Positions 15,101-22,903 of a stretch of 32,000 bases of DNA are shown here, one piece after another. How positions within the stretch are numbered: the first letter of the stretch is position 1; every line of letters starts with the position of its first letter. Position numbers and translations under genes: made by a program. Source of the stretch: an uncultured Candidatus Neoarthromitus sp. (lineage in GTDB: Bacteria > Bacillota > Clostridia > Clostridiales > Clostridiaceae); NCBI GenBank assembly GCA_937890765.1, contig CALADQ010000003.1:68461-100460 (forward strand), written 5' to 3'. Under the pieces are notes generated by a model that was not told the origin of the DNA, ran no database searches, and was given only the letters and a program-made list of their open reading frames with translations.

Positions 15101-18048
15101 AACTTAACACTGTCTTTTGTATCATCCTTGTTATCACTATATCCATCAGGATAATCCCACTTTACAACTACTCTTGTATTACTACTATCACTATCTTGAG
15201 TGCCTGCTGTAATACTAGTTATCTGAACGGCCAACTCCCCCAAAACTTCTGCTTGTACAAATTCGTGTATTTTCTTACCGTTAAGAACATATTCAATCTT
15301 TATATTGTACGGTGTATTATATTTAGGAACATTTATTGAAGTTGTGTTTCTCCCTTGTACTTGAGATGTATCTTCTTCACTTTGTTGTTCAGTATTTTGA
15401 GCGTTCTCTCCTACATTGTTACCATTTCTGGTTGAAGTACTACCATCTCCATTTAAAGTCCCATCAGAATTTAATGAAATACTTTTAACTGGCTCTTCTG
15501 GATACTCTGAAGTACTACCTTCTTTTAAATAAATATTTACTTTATCTTCTGCTCCGAAAGTAACCTCTCCCCTAGTATTCCAAGATAGGTTTAATTTTCT
15601 TGATTTTTTTTCCTGTACAGCTCTTAAGTCAGTTATTTCAAAAGCACCAGTAGTAAAGTTTACAAAAAATTCTCTAACTCTGCTATTAGTATCAAATGTA
15701 TTAGCTTTTTGTAAAACGTGTTGAAATCTTACTCTATAGGATTGACCAGCGTCAAGATTAGTAAGAGCAAATTCTTTAGTTCTTGATATGTCCATATTAT
15801 TAAGACCATGTTCATATTCAAATAATGGTTCCTCGTCAAATCCTGAAGTTGTGTTATCGTTAGGAGAACTTATTTTCTTAATATGCGCTCTAACTAACTG
15901 TCCAGCTTCTGGAACATATTTAACTATGCTATCACTTGAAGGATTAAATCCATGATCATATTCCCAAGTTAACTTAGCTGACGTCTGTTGTATATCTGTG
16001 ACTTGGACATTAGGGGTTTTAACCATTACTTCAACAGTCTTTCTGTTATATCCCGATTCACCTTGAACATTGTCAGGTTTAGCAGTTATTATTTTCTTTC
16101 CACCTATTGTATAAATAACGTCAACGTGATAATGATCTAACCAACTTGGTATAACTATATCTCCACTTTTAACAGTATTTAAATCCACACCTTGTTCACC
16201 ATGAACTTTCTTGAAAACTGGATTGCGATATTTATCGGTTGTTGGATATCCTGAAAAATCCCAACCACCATTTGGCTTTATCCAAATTTCCACTTTATCA
16301 CCATTAGAAAATGTCATATTATCTGGACTAAAATCCCAAGTTACTGTCATATTTTTTGCTCTATGACGTGCTACATGCCAATAACTACTTGTATCATAAT
16401 CACAATTTTGTATATCTATATATTTTTTTAAAGCAAAAGTCTTCGTATCAAATTGGGTATACCCAGTTACTGAACCTCTCTGATTGCTTAAAACAACTTT
16501 AGCTTCATAACGCGTACTTGGGGCTATTTGAGTAACATCAGCCGATTTTGTATTAGTCAAATTTACATTATTAGTACCTTGAACTAATGAAACTTTTGGT
16601 GTAGCTGGAAAATTAGGTCCATCATCTTCATCTCTTAAAAATATCTCAACCTTATCTCCTGATACTGGAGTATATCCTGAAGGATATTCCCAAGTAACTT
16701 TTGCTGAAGTGTACTGAATTGTATTATTACCTGTTGTAAGTGTTGTATAGAAAAACGGCATGCTTATAGTGTTAGTTCCATTTGTAAACTCAACTATATA
16801 ATTTTTATTAGTAGAGAATTTAACTCCAGAAATTATATTCATCTCATTTTCTAATGTATCCGATACACCAGATGTTTTCTCACAAACCTTAGTTCCTTTA
16901 GTAAAATTATCACTTAATTCATGTACATATATTTTATTACTTCCACCATTTTTATTAAAGAATGGCTTCATATTAGGTTGCATAGTTACTTTTACCTTAT
17001 TTTCTGCTTCAACAACCTTAACTTTTGCATTAAGCTTCTCAAATTTATAGAAAATACATAAACCAAATTTACCTTCCCAAGCTTCAGAACCCTTCTCTAA
17101 TCTCAAAGTATGATCTCTATTAATAGAAAGATTTTCATCAGTAATTTTAGCTATTTTTTTTGTTTTATCCGTTATTGTTCCATAATTACCACTTACTCTT
17201 CTAAATCTATGGTCATTCCCAATTGTTAAATTGCTACCACCTTTAGGATCTTTAAAAACTACTTCATAATCTACGTTATCACTATTATTCCTATAATCTA
17301 TTTTTTTCAATTCTATCGGTATAACCTGTAGTGTAATGCTATTACCTCTATTTTGGGTAAATATCTTCCAAACATATTCCCTACCTCTTACTTTAGCTTT
17401 GAACCAATATCCTGCATCATTTCTAAAATTTGATTTTACATTTTGCCAGACTTGCTTTCTTTGCTTTCCCTTCAAATCTCTTACAGTAGTTGTTACTTTG
17501 TTAAATATATTATTTCCATAGCTACTTTCTCCATATATCTCTATTGTTTCATCATCATTAAATGAATTTAACCAATTTTCATCAAAAATAGCTTCAAAAT
17601 CATTATTGTTAAATTTCAACTGTGGTTCATTACCCATGTCATAATCATTGTAAACGAAATTAAACAGTGCTTTCTTATTTTGACCTCCTATATTAACAAC
17701 AGCTTCTATTGAATATTTTTCACCATTCAAAGGTAAAAATTTAGCTTTCCAAGCTTTCTTAGTATTATTATCAACAACTTGTGAAGTTATTGTTTTACCC
17801 TCTTTTTTCAATGTGAATTGTTCTACTTTGTCGTTGGCTGATAAAAAACTGTTGAAATCAAATACAACATATTTATTTTCATTTCTTATTTCAAAATTTA
17901 TATCTCTTCCCGAACTTATATCAATTATGTTATTGTTATTCTGGGTATTTGAATTTGCATAAGCTGTTTGAACTTCCATTCCAAAATTCATGACGTAAAA
18001 ATTGAAAAACAATACAAAACATAAAATTCTACACAAATTCTTAATCAA
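12109..18048 (-). CDS. very large secreted/cell-surface protein: signal peptide, about 400-aa unclassified N-terminal region, at least 11 Fn3-like modules, C-terminal tandem DUF4214
   Basis: One uninterrupted ORF (longest form 12109..18135, 2008 aa). I prefer the TTG at 18048. GGAGGT lies 9 nt upstream, and that start gives a canonical signal peptide, M-IKNLCR-ILCFVLFFNFYVMNFG-MEVQTAYA|NS. It has a repeated module signature (see the repeat feature) and a DUF4214-like C-terminus. I found no LPXTG, SLH, CWB2, GW or choline-binding motif. Confidence 0.85.
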   Translation of the reverse strand: MIKNLCRILCFVLFFNFYVMNFGMEVQTAYANSNTQNNNNIIDISSGRDINFEIRNENKYVVFDFNSFLSANDKVEQFTLKKEGKTITSQVVDNNTKKAWKAKFLPLNGEKYSIEAVVNIGGQNKKALFNFVYNDYDMGNEPQLKFNNNDFEAIFDENWLNSFNDDETIEIYGESSYGNNIFNKVTTTVRDLKGKQRKQVWQNVKSNFRNDAGYWFKAKVRGREYVWKIFTQNRGNSITLQVIPIELKKIDYRNNSDNVDYEVVFKDPKGGSNLTIGNDHRFRRVSGNYGTITDKTKKIAKITDENLSINRDHTLRLEKGSEAWEGKFGLCIFYKFEKLNAKVKVVEAENKVKVTMQPNMKPFFNKNGGSNKIYVHELSDNFTKGTKVCEKTSGVSDTLENEMNIISGVKFSTNKNYIVEFTNGTNTISMPFFYTTLTTGNNTIQYTSAKVTWEYPSGYTPVSGDKVEIFLRDEDDGPNFPATPKVSLVQGTNNVNLTNTKSADVTQIAPSTRYEAKVVLSNQRGSVTGYTQFDTKTFALKKYIDIQNCDYDTSSYWHVARHRAKNMTVTWDFSPDNMTFSNGDKVEIWIKPNGGWDFSGYPTTDKYRNPVFKKVHGEQGVDLNTVKSGDIVIPSWLDHYHVDVIYTIGGKKIITAKPDNVQGESGYNRKTVEVMVKTPNVQVTDIQQTSAKLTWEYDHGFNPSSDSIVKYVPEAGQLVRAHIKKISSPNDNTTSGFDEEPLFEYEHGLNNMDISRTKEFALTNLDAGQSYRVRFQHVLQKANTFDTNSRVREFFVNFTTGAFEITDLRAVQEKKSRKLNLSWNTRGEVTFGAEDKVNIYLKEGSTSEYPEEPVKSISLNSDGTLNGDGSTSTRNGNNVGENAQNTEQQSEEDTSQVQGRNTTSINVPKYNTPYNIKIEYVLNGKKIHEFVQAEVLGELAVQITSITAGTQDSDSSNTRVVVKWDYPDGYSDNKDDTKDSVKLTLVGNQNANGQGTSHADITLQNDGVFSVSSNTAEITGLKTNWHYTLTATFINDKTEVSTVESNFQLTTKLQVTSVVASNVKPKKATISWDYSPISKKTKDGVSTINLYIKEDSAASSILSKNGEEDISVQGYKKLLSRTCSSIGGGEIPESVDYRSRNQEVESRQGNEYTNLIEDKFKKFKSIDIEHLDPNKTYSVIVEYKDMGDKHDGRQEQQNKETAKAEVKFKTKVNTFKASVFTSDQAKATFGWEYPEGYEIQENDKLEIFVKEIKDSSTQRSGEYGEALLKLVQGENGVDLNEITRVDVSGLTPESKYKAKIQFTMHGDNTPIFTEVDISTKSFAIKSFEVDSYEEYDILVRWAVEPENMKFGDADKVEIFVKLASAADYPTSPSYMIQGHPSKDGDPDIDTTFSDYVLAETIGAEQNMKLVYTVGDRKYEKELTFTNTINPVKASLFSKEATRALIQFEAPDNYEFVSGDKLLIYAKDEFAEGELETENFLAFEGVQSESLSIPDDMRLIELSYLLPEAAYEVLVKLELQDGEAAPAKFEFTTGALNVTDVTLESIKHNSNVISWNYGDKEIDFYKDESKYEHTDKLIIAHREASEGPIPEEINAIKQLTHKEILGPDIRSVKDFNVEVEDPSKDYEVVVLYELGGLKYIKRFKTSNLVVSSSEDALQNNTAAINWKYPSNVSLGDADKTEVFIRKKNDTEYPSTPSNSSTGTGTTSYTFNELEGETEYVAKVQIVKEGLNIDPVEVNFTTKANPAKDVIIEQVEDKIQGTKAKFSIPTSDVEVNKDGEIQLSMGDEQYKGFKVKLSDDGTSFIIEPTIPKKRYQNVEVQIPLKDGTSMTITIKEFTTEPENITQDWLSNAYWFAFERFPDEEGYNYWYEHRMLTKKLNGEYFLKNLMFAEDEFTNRNLADRDLIAALYQIVVNRDFDEEGLNFWISIYNENLKNAQGNKKLAQETLVDRMVHEPEFGKLCDKAGIFWRQSDQDAAGVVA
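12112..12519 (-). other. C-terminal tandem DUF4214-like domains of the giant protein
   Basis: Repeat 1: WLSNAYWFAFERFPDEEGYNYWYEHRM...GEYFLKNLMFAEDEF. Repeat 2: LIAALYQIVVNRDFDEEGLNFWISIYNENL...LVDRMVHEPEFGKLC. Both fit the DUF4214 pattern (LY..vLgR.pD..Gl.yW...l......v...f..S.EF). Confidence 0.65.
12770..16745 (-). repeat. protein-level tandem array of at least 11 diverged Fn3/Ig-like modules (about 95-125 aa each) inside the giant ORF
   Basis: The recurring signature is [T/K]-x-W-[EDN]-[YF]-P-x-G-[YF]...[G]D-K-[VL]-E-I-[FWY]-[LVI]-[KR]...Y-x-[AV]-K-[VI]...F-x-T. Examples are AKVTWEYPSGYTPVSGDKVEIFLRD, MTVTWDFSPDNMTFSNGDKVEIWIKP, ATFGWEYPEGYEIQENDKLEIFVKE, ILVRWAVEPENMKFGDADKVEIFVKL and AAINWKYPSNVSLGDADKTEVFIRK. 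The DNA of the copies is well diverged, with no long exact nucleotide repeats seen. Confidence 0.7.
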
Positions 18049-18272
18049 AATACTATACCTCCATTTCCTCGTATTTAAAAAAATATCTATACAAAATTTT
18101 AAAGAAAACACCTCCCAAAATTTAAACCTTACCAAATCATGAAATTAAACACTTAAATTTTTACATTGTTATGTAAAATTAAATATTCTTAAATTTTTGT
18201 ATCAACAATTAATATTATTAATATTTTTTTTTATTTTATTCGCATTTAGTTTATATTTATAAAAAACAAAAA

Positions 18273-18302
18273 AGAGATAAGGAATAAAATAACCTTATCT
18301 CT
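18273..18302 (-). terminator. rho-independent terminator after ssrA (A- and T-tracts on both sides, so potentially bidirectional)
   Basis: AGAGATAAGG (18273-18282), 10-nt loop, CCTTATCTCT (18293-18302). On the minus strand it is followed by TTTTTTGTTTTTT. Confidence 0.8.
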
Positions 18303-18330
18303 TTTTATAAATACAAATTTTAAAAAATCT

Positions 18331-18688
18331 TGGTGGAGGCGAGGGGAGTCGAACCCCTGTCCGAAAGCAGTCATCTTCAAACCTCTCCGAGTGCAGTCTG
18401 CGATTAAAATTCCCTTAATTCTCTTTCGCAAACACAATTGAATTAAAGTAGCTTCATAAATTACAATTTTTTAGGCAAAGCTTACTAAAAAATCGTCCCT
18501 ACTTCATTTGACACCCTTTTCTACGCCGTAGGAATCATAGAAAGGATGAAGCTGCGTTTAATTAAGCAGCTTGTAAACTATAATTATTGTCGTTTACTTT
18601 TTCTCCAAAGTTTTTTAAAAGGTACTTTGGAAAACTTTACTCGCTATTTGAAAACTCCATTACCCCCGTCGAAACCAAGTACGCCCCC
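18331..18688 (-). ncRNA. ssrA: tmRNA (transfer-messenger RNA)
   Basis: The minus strand starts GGGGGCGTACTTGGTTTCGACGGGGGTA and ends GGACAGGGGTTCGACTCCCCTCGCCTCCACCA. The acceptor stem GGGGGCG/CGCCTCC includes the G3-U pair, and there is a T-arm GGGGTTCGACTCCCC. The tag ORF frame is ...AAA GTA AAC GAC AAT AAT TAT AGT TTA CAA GCT GCT TAA (...KVNDNNYSLQAA*), followed by the helix GCTGC..GCAGC. It sits immediately downstream of smpB. Confidence 0.93.
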
Positions 18689-18717
18689 TTGTAAATAAAC
18701 AAACTAAACCGAAATTT

Positions 18718-18746
18718 ATTATACCATTTTTACAAACCATTTTCAA
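18718..18746 (-). promoter_or_regulatory. sigma-A-type promoter for ssrA (TTGAAA-17-TGgTATAAT)
   Basis: On the minus strand TTGAAA is at 18746-18741 and TATAAT at 18723-18718, with a 17-nt spacer and an extended -10 TGn. The -10 lies about 30 nt upstream of the mature tmRNA 5' end, consistent with a processed precursor. Confidence 0.6.
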
Positions 18747-18767
18747 TAAAACTCATTACTAAAATGA

Positions 18768-19235
18768 CTATCTATACTTTTCCTTCATAGCTCTAGCTAT
18801 ATCACGTTTATGCTCTTTCTCTAGCATTGAATCTCTTTTATCATAATTCTTTTTACCTTTACAAAGAGCAACATTTACTTTAATCCTTCCATTTTTCAGA
18901 TATAAACTAGTTGGAACTATGGCGTAACCTTCTTGACTTTTCTTCCCAAAAAGTTTCATAAGTTCCTTTTTATGAAGTAAAAGCTTCCTATCTCTTATAG
19001 GATTTCTGTTAAATATGTTTCCCTTTTCGTAGGGAGATATATTCATGTTTATTATATATAATTCCCCATTTTTAAAAACACCATAGCTGTCTTTTAAATT
19101 AACTTTTCCACCTCTTATGGACTTTACTTCCGTGCCAACTAAAACTATTCCCGCCTCATAATTTTCTTCAATAAAATAATCATGAAACGCCTTTTTGTTT
19201 TGTGCAATAGTCGAAGAAGATTTTTTTGAACTCAT
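18768..19235 (-). CDS. smpB: SsrA-binding protein
   Basis: 155 aa. [32 protein letters not shown]...LLLHKKE is the canonical SmpB sequence. RBS GAGGAGGG. Confidence 0.93.
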   Translation of the reverse strand: MSSKKSSSTIAQNKKAFHDYFIEENYEAGIVLVGTEVKSIRGGKVNLKDSYGVFKNGELYIINMNISPYEKGNIFNRNPIRDRKLLLHKKELMKLFGKKSQEGYAIVPTSLYLKNGRIKVNVALCKGKKNYDKRDSMLEKEHKRDIARAMKEKYR

Positions 19236-19260
19236 AAAATTTCCCTCCTCTATTTTAAAT

Positions 19261-21336
19261 TTATGCTAAAACAAAATAAATTTCGTTAATATCCAAAATA
19301 ACATTGCTCACTTTAACATTTATCTTCATTCCAATTTTAAATTCCCTTTTGCTAAATTCACCAATTAAACGCATGTTCTTTTCATCAAAATAATAATTGT
19401 CATTTTCTAAATCATTAATGTGAACAAGTCCCCTAATAGTGTTGTTAAGCTCAACAAAAAAACCAAAATTTTTAACCGAACTTATTATTCCTACATATTC
19501 ATTTCCTATTTTATCATTCATAAATTCTGCTTTCTTTATATCGTAAACTTCTCGTTCAATTTCTTCTGCTTCCCTTTCTTTTATAGAAGAATTTTCACAA
19601 GCTAAAGCAACTTCCTCCTTAAGAGTTGAAACAAGTTTGTCTTTAAACTTTCCACGTATAGAAAGTTTTATAATTCTATGAATTAATAAATCTGGATACC
19701 TTCTTATAGGAGAAGTAAAATGACAATAGTATTTTGTAGAAAGTCCAAAATGCCCCAAACATTCAGGAGAATATCTCGCCTTTGCCATACTCCTTAAAAT
19801 TAATTTACTTAAAAATATTTCTTCATCCTTACCTTTAAAATTATTTAAAACCTTTTGAAGCTGATTGGAATAGATTTTATTATTTATTTTTAAGCTGTAA
19901 TCTAAATTGTTTAAAATGTCAACTAACTCATATATTTTTTCCATGTCTGGCTCTTCGTGAACTCTATAAGCAAATGGATAACCTAAAAAGTACATATGCT
20001 CTGCAATTGTTTCATTACATAAAAGCATAAACTCTTCTATAATTTGGTGAGAAAAACTTCTATCAAATGGAATAACATCAACAGGACAATTATTTTTATC
20101 TAAAATTATTTTACATTCTGTAAAATCTAAATTTATAGCTCCTCGCCCTTCTCTTTTTAAATTTAAAATTTTCGCTAAGTCCCTCATGTTAAAAATCATT
20201 TCTTCTATATCTTTAAACTCATGATTCTTACAATCTAAAATTTCTTGAACCTCATCATAAGTTAACCTATATTTTGTGTTAATCACACTTTCAAAAATGT
20301 CATAGCTAATAACTTCACCTTTTTTATTAACTACCATTTCACAACTTAAAGTTAATTTATCCGTATTAGGATTTAAAGAACACAAATCATTTGATAATTT
20401 TTCTGGAAGCATAGGTATAACTTCATTTATCAAATAAACGGAAGTTCCCCTTTTAAAAGCCTCTTTATCTAAATTTGTTCCATATTGAACATAATGAGAT
20501 ACATCTGCTATATGTACACCTAATTTATAATTTTCACCTTCTTTAGATACGAAAACACCATCATCTAAATCCTTAGCATCAGACCCATCAATTGTAACAA
20601 TTGAAAGTTCCCTTAAATCCCTTCGCTTCTTCAAAATATTTTCGCCTATTTCCTCTTGTATTTTATCTAAATCCTTTTTGACTTTATTGGGAAAATTTTT
20701 GTTCAAATCATACTTCTTAATAAGGGTTAAAATATTTATATTTTTATCGTCTTTCCTTCCTAAAACTTCTGAAATAATTCCCTCAGGTTTTTTATTTCCA
20801 TCAGGCCACTTGTTTATAGAAACTAAAACAATATCCCCATCTTTCGCTTTAAGCTTAAACTTTTTAGGAATGTATATATCATAACCTATGTTATAATTTT
20901 TCGGCACAACGAAACCAAAAGATTTTGAACACTGATATTCTCCTATTATTTTTTTGTTATTTCTCTCAACAACATAAACAACTTCTCCAACTTTTCTAGA
21001 CTCAGAACATTTATTATCAATAAGTTTAACAATAACTTTGTCGGAATCCATAGCACCATTGCCATCATTTTTTCCTATAAAAATATCTCGTTCATCTTTC
21101 ATAAGCAAAAATCCAAAACCTTTTCTAGTTCCTTCATAAACGCCAAAATAAATATTTTCATCAATTGATTTTACAAATTTGCCTTCCTTATTTTTAAAAA
21201 TAATTTTCTCTTTTTGAAGCTTATCCAAATTCTTGTTAAATGTTTTTCTATCACTAACATTAATTATCTTTAAAAATTCCTTATAACTTACTTCCTCATT
21301 ATCAACATAAATTAGTTTAAGCATTTTATCTATCAT
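19261..21336 (-). CDS. rnr: ribonuclease R (3'-5' exoribonuclease, RNB family, with C-terminal S1 domain)
   Basis: 691 aa. RNB catalytic region [14 protein letters not shown]...HIADVSHYV...AYRVHEEP...[28 protein letters not shown]-terminal S1 domain [17 protein letters not shown]. Lies in the conserved secG-rnr-smpB-ssrA context. Confidence 0.93.
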   Translation of the reverse strand: MIDKMLKLIYVDNEEVSYKEFLKIINVSDRKTFNKNLDKLQKEKIIFKNKEGKFVKSIDENIYFGVYEGTRKGFGFLLMKDERDIFIGKNDGNGAMDSDKVIVKLIDNKCSESRKVGEVVYVVERNNKKIIGEYQCSKSFGFVVPKNYNIGYDIYIPKKFKLKAKDGDIVLVSINKWPDGNKKPEGIISEVLGRKDDKNINILTLIKKYDLNKNFPNKVKKDLDKIQEEIGENILKKRRDLRELSIVTIDGSDAKDLDDGVFVSKEGENYKLGVHIADVSHYVQYGTNLDKEAFKRGTSVYLINEVIPMLPEKLSNDLCSLNPNTDKLTLSCEMVVNKKGEVISYDIFESVINTKYRLTYDEVQEILDCKNHEFKDIEEMIFNMRDLAKILNLKREGRGAINLDFTECKIILDKNNCPVDVIPFDRSFSHQIIEEFMLLCNETIAEHMYFLGYPFAYRVHEEPDMEKIYELVDILNNLDYSLKINNKIYSNQLQKVLNNFKGKDEEIFLSKLILRSMAKARYSPECLGHFGLSTKYYCHFTSPIRRYPDLLIHRIIKLSIRGKFKDKLVSTLKEEVALACENSSIKEREAEEIEREVYDIKKAEFMNDKIGNEYVGIISSVKNFGFFVELNNTIRGLVHINDLENDNYYFDEKNMRLIGEFSKREFKIGMKINVKVSNVILDINEIYFVLA

Positions 21337-21362
21337 AACTTTTGAAATTAAACTCCTTCATA

Positions 21363-21420
21363 TAATAAAAAAAATCAAAAGCTTTATTTAAACTAAAACA
21401 TAATCTAAATAAAGTTTGAT
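21363..21420 (-). terminator. possible AU-rich terminator/attenuator between secG and rnr
   Basis: Minus strand reads ATCAAACTTTATTTA-(loop)-TAAATAAAGCTTTTGAT (15-bp stem with a 2-nt bulge) followed by a T8-9 run. The stem is entirely A/U-rich, so its strength is uncertain. Confidence 0.35.
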
Positions 21421-21436
21421 TTTAAAATAATTCTGT

Positions 21437-21667
21437 TTACAACAAAGTATTTATTAAAATAGTATTAAGCCCAAATAACACAGCAAATATAACAGTCCAT
21501 TTAACTAACTTCGCTTCCCTAGTTTTAGACTTGTTTTTATTAAAAAATGTCTCTTGTGCACCTGTCATAAATCCTTTAAGCCCATCAGCTTTACTCGGTT
21601 GCATTAAAATTAAAATAAGAAGTGCCACAACCAAAAAGAACTGAATTCCATAAAGAACTTCCTTCAT
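21437..21667 (-). CDS. secG: preprotein translocase subunit SecG
   Basis: 76 aa with two TM helices and the central motif LLQ/MQPSKADGL.G. Confidence 0.85.
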   Translation of the reverse strand: MKEVLYGIQFFLVVALLILILMQPSKADGLKGFMTGAQETFFNKNKSKTREAKLVKWTVIFAVLFGLNTILINTLL

Positions 21668-21681
21668 AAAACCTCACCACC

Positions 21682-22461
21682 TTACATTAATTTGATTATA
21701 CTATGAATAACTTGTTCAATAGATAGCTCATCTACATTTATTTCATAATCTTTAACTTTAGAGTAAATCTCCCCACGAGCTTTCATAAATTTTTGTATGT
21801 AATTTAAATTTAAATTTTGTCTAAGCATAGGCCTAACCTTCTTGCTACGCCTTAAATTATACAACACATTTTCGGGAGAAGATTTTAAATATATTAGCTT
21901 TCCAGTGGCCTTGAGATTATTTACATTCGCCTTGCTTATAACACTTCCACCACCTGTTGAAATAACACCTCTAAAATCCTTAAAACAACTTCTAATGACT
22001 TCACTCTCAACTTTTCTAAAATATTCTTCACCTAATTTATCGAATATTTCTCCAACTTTCATCATAACTCTTTTTTCAATTTGATAATCAGTATCTAAAA
22101 ATTTAACTCCTATTTTCTTAGATAAAATTCGCCCAATTGTAGTTTTACCACAACCCATGAAACCAATTAACACAATATTTTTTTTGTAAATCTTGCCATA
22201 CTGAACATCCCTACTAACTTTAGTTACAAAATTTATTATCTCCCTAAAGTCATCCTCGTGATATTTTTTCAAATAAGTATGACGCATGTTTCCTATAAAA
22301 TTATCGCATACATATGCTTCACGCTCTCTATCTAAAATAGGTTTTTTATTTTTACATTTATAATTAGCAACTTTAAGAACGCAATTATATCTCTGTTCTA
22401 AAATCCTCAGCAACTTGTAATCACACCAAAGAATTTTATCCCTACAATTATCTAAATCCAT
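21682..22461 (-). CDS. aroK: bifunctional AroQ-class chorismate mutase (N-terminal, about aa 1-90) / shikimate kinase (C-terminal)
   Basis: The N-terminus aligns by eye to E. coli PheA-CM, with equivalents of its catalytic residues: R7, R24, K35, D44-R-E-R-E and S..(4)..Q in VSRDVQ. The C-terminal part has shikimate kinase Walker A IGFMGCGKTTIG, the DTD motif and STGGGSV. Confidence 0.8.
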   Translation of the reverse strand: MDLDNCRDKILWCDYKLLRILEQRYNCVLKVANYKCKNKKPILDREREAYVCDNFIGNMRHTYLKKYHEDDFREIINFVTKVSRDVQYGKIYKKNIVLIGFMGCGKTTIGRILSKKIGVKFLDTDYQIEKRVMMKVGEIFDKLGEEYFRKVESEVIRSCFKDFRGVISTGGGSVISKANVNNLKATGKLIYLKSSPENVLYNLRRSKKVRPMLRQNLNLNYIQKFMKARGEIYSKVKDYEINVDELSIEQVIHSIIKLM

Positions 22462-22471
22462 TTTAAAACCT

Positions 22472-22903
22472 CTAAAACATTTGTCCTAAAGCATTGAGTG
22501 CGAGAACGTAAGAATTTTTTCCAAAACCCGATATTTGACCAATACACCCTTTAGCTATAACACTCCTACATCTAAAGTCTTCCCTATTAAAAATATTTGA
22601 TAAGTGTACTTCTACAAACTTTTTGTTAACAGAAAGTATAGAATCGTATATGGCATAACTATAATGAGTAAAAGCACCAGGATTTATTATAAAACCATCG
22701 TAATTTTCATGCTCTTGTTGAATTTTATCTATTATATCTCCTTCGTGATTACTTTGATAAAAATCCGTATGTATAGAAATTTTCATCCCTTCTTCATAAA
22801 CATACCTATTAATATCATCCAAACTCTCGCCACCATAAATATGTTTCTCGCGCTTACCTAAAAAATTTAAATTAGCTCCATTTATAACAAGTACCTTCTT
22901 CAA
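22472..22903 (-). CDS. aroQ: 3-dehydroquinate dehydratase, type II
   Basis: 143 aa with NGANLNFLGKREKHIYG, QSNHEG, NPGAFTHYSYA and EVHLSNIFNREDFR. TTG start directly after the aroE stop, with GGAGG 5 nt upstream. Confidence 0.9.
   Translation of the reverse strand: MKKVLVINGANLNFLGKREKHIYGGESLDDINRYVYEEGMKISIHTDFYQSNHEGDIIDKIQQEHENYDGFIINPGAFTHYSYAIYDSILSVNKKFVEVHLSNIFNREDFRCRSVIAKGCIGQISGFGKNSYVLALNALGQMF

Noticed and set aside
18224-18232. T9 (A9 on the coding strand) homopolymer upstream of the giant gene as a phase-variation switch
   Set aside because: It lies upstream of the candidate -35, not between -35 and -10 or inside the ORF. It is more simply an UP-element-like A-tract or ordinary AT-rich spacer.
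12058-18330. Genomic island integrated at the 3' end of ssrA, carrying the giant gene
   Set aside because: tmRNA genes are classic integration sites and the giant gene abuts the ssrA 3' flank. However, I found no integrase or recombinase gene and no direct repeat of the tmRNA 3' end (GGGGTTCGACTCCCC...CCACCA) in the intergenic regions at 12000-12108, 11379-11451 or 10491-10640. No other mobile-element gene is present either. The composition difference is an eye estimate only. I keep it as context in the giant-protein finding, not as a call.
18246-18437. 63-aa ORF on the minus strand from the ORF track
   Set aside because: It lies inside and overlaps the tmRNA 3' domain and its terminator. 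It is an artefact of translating a structured RNA gene.
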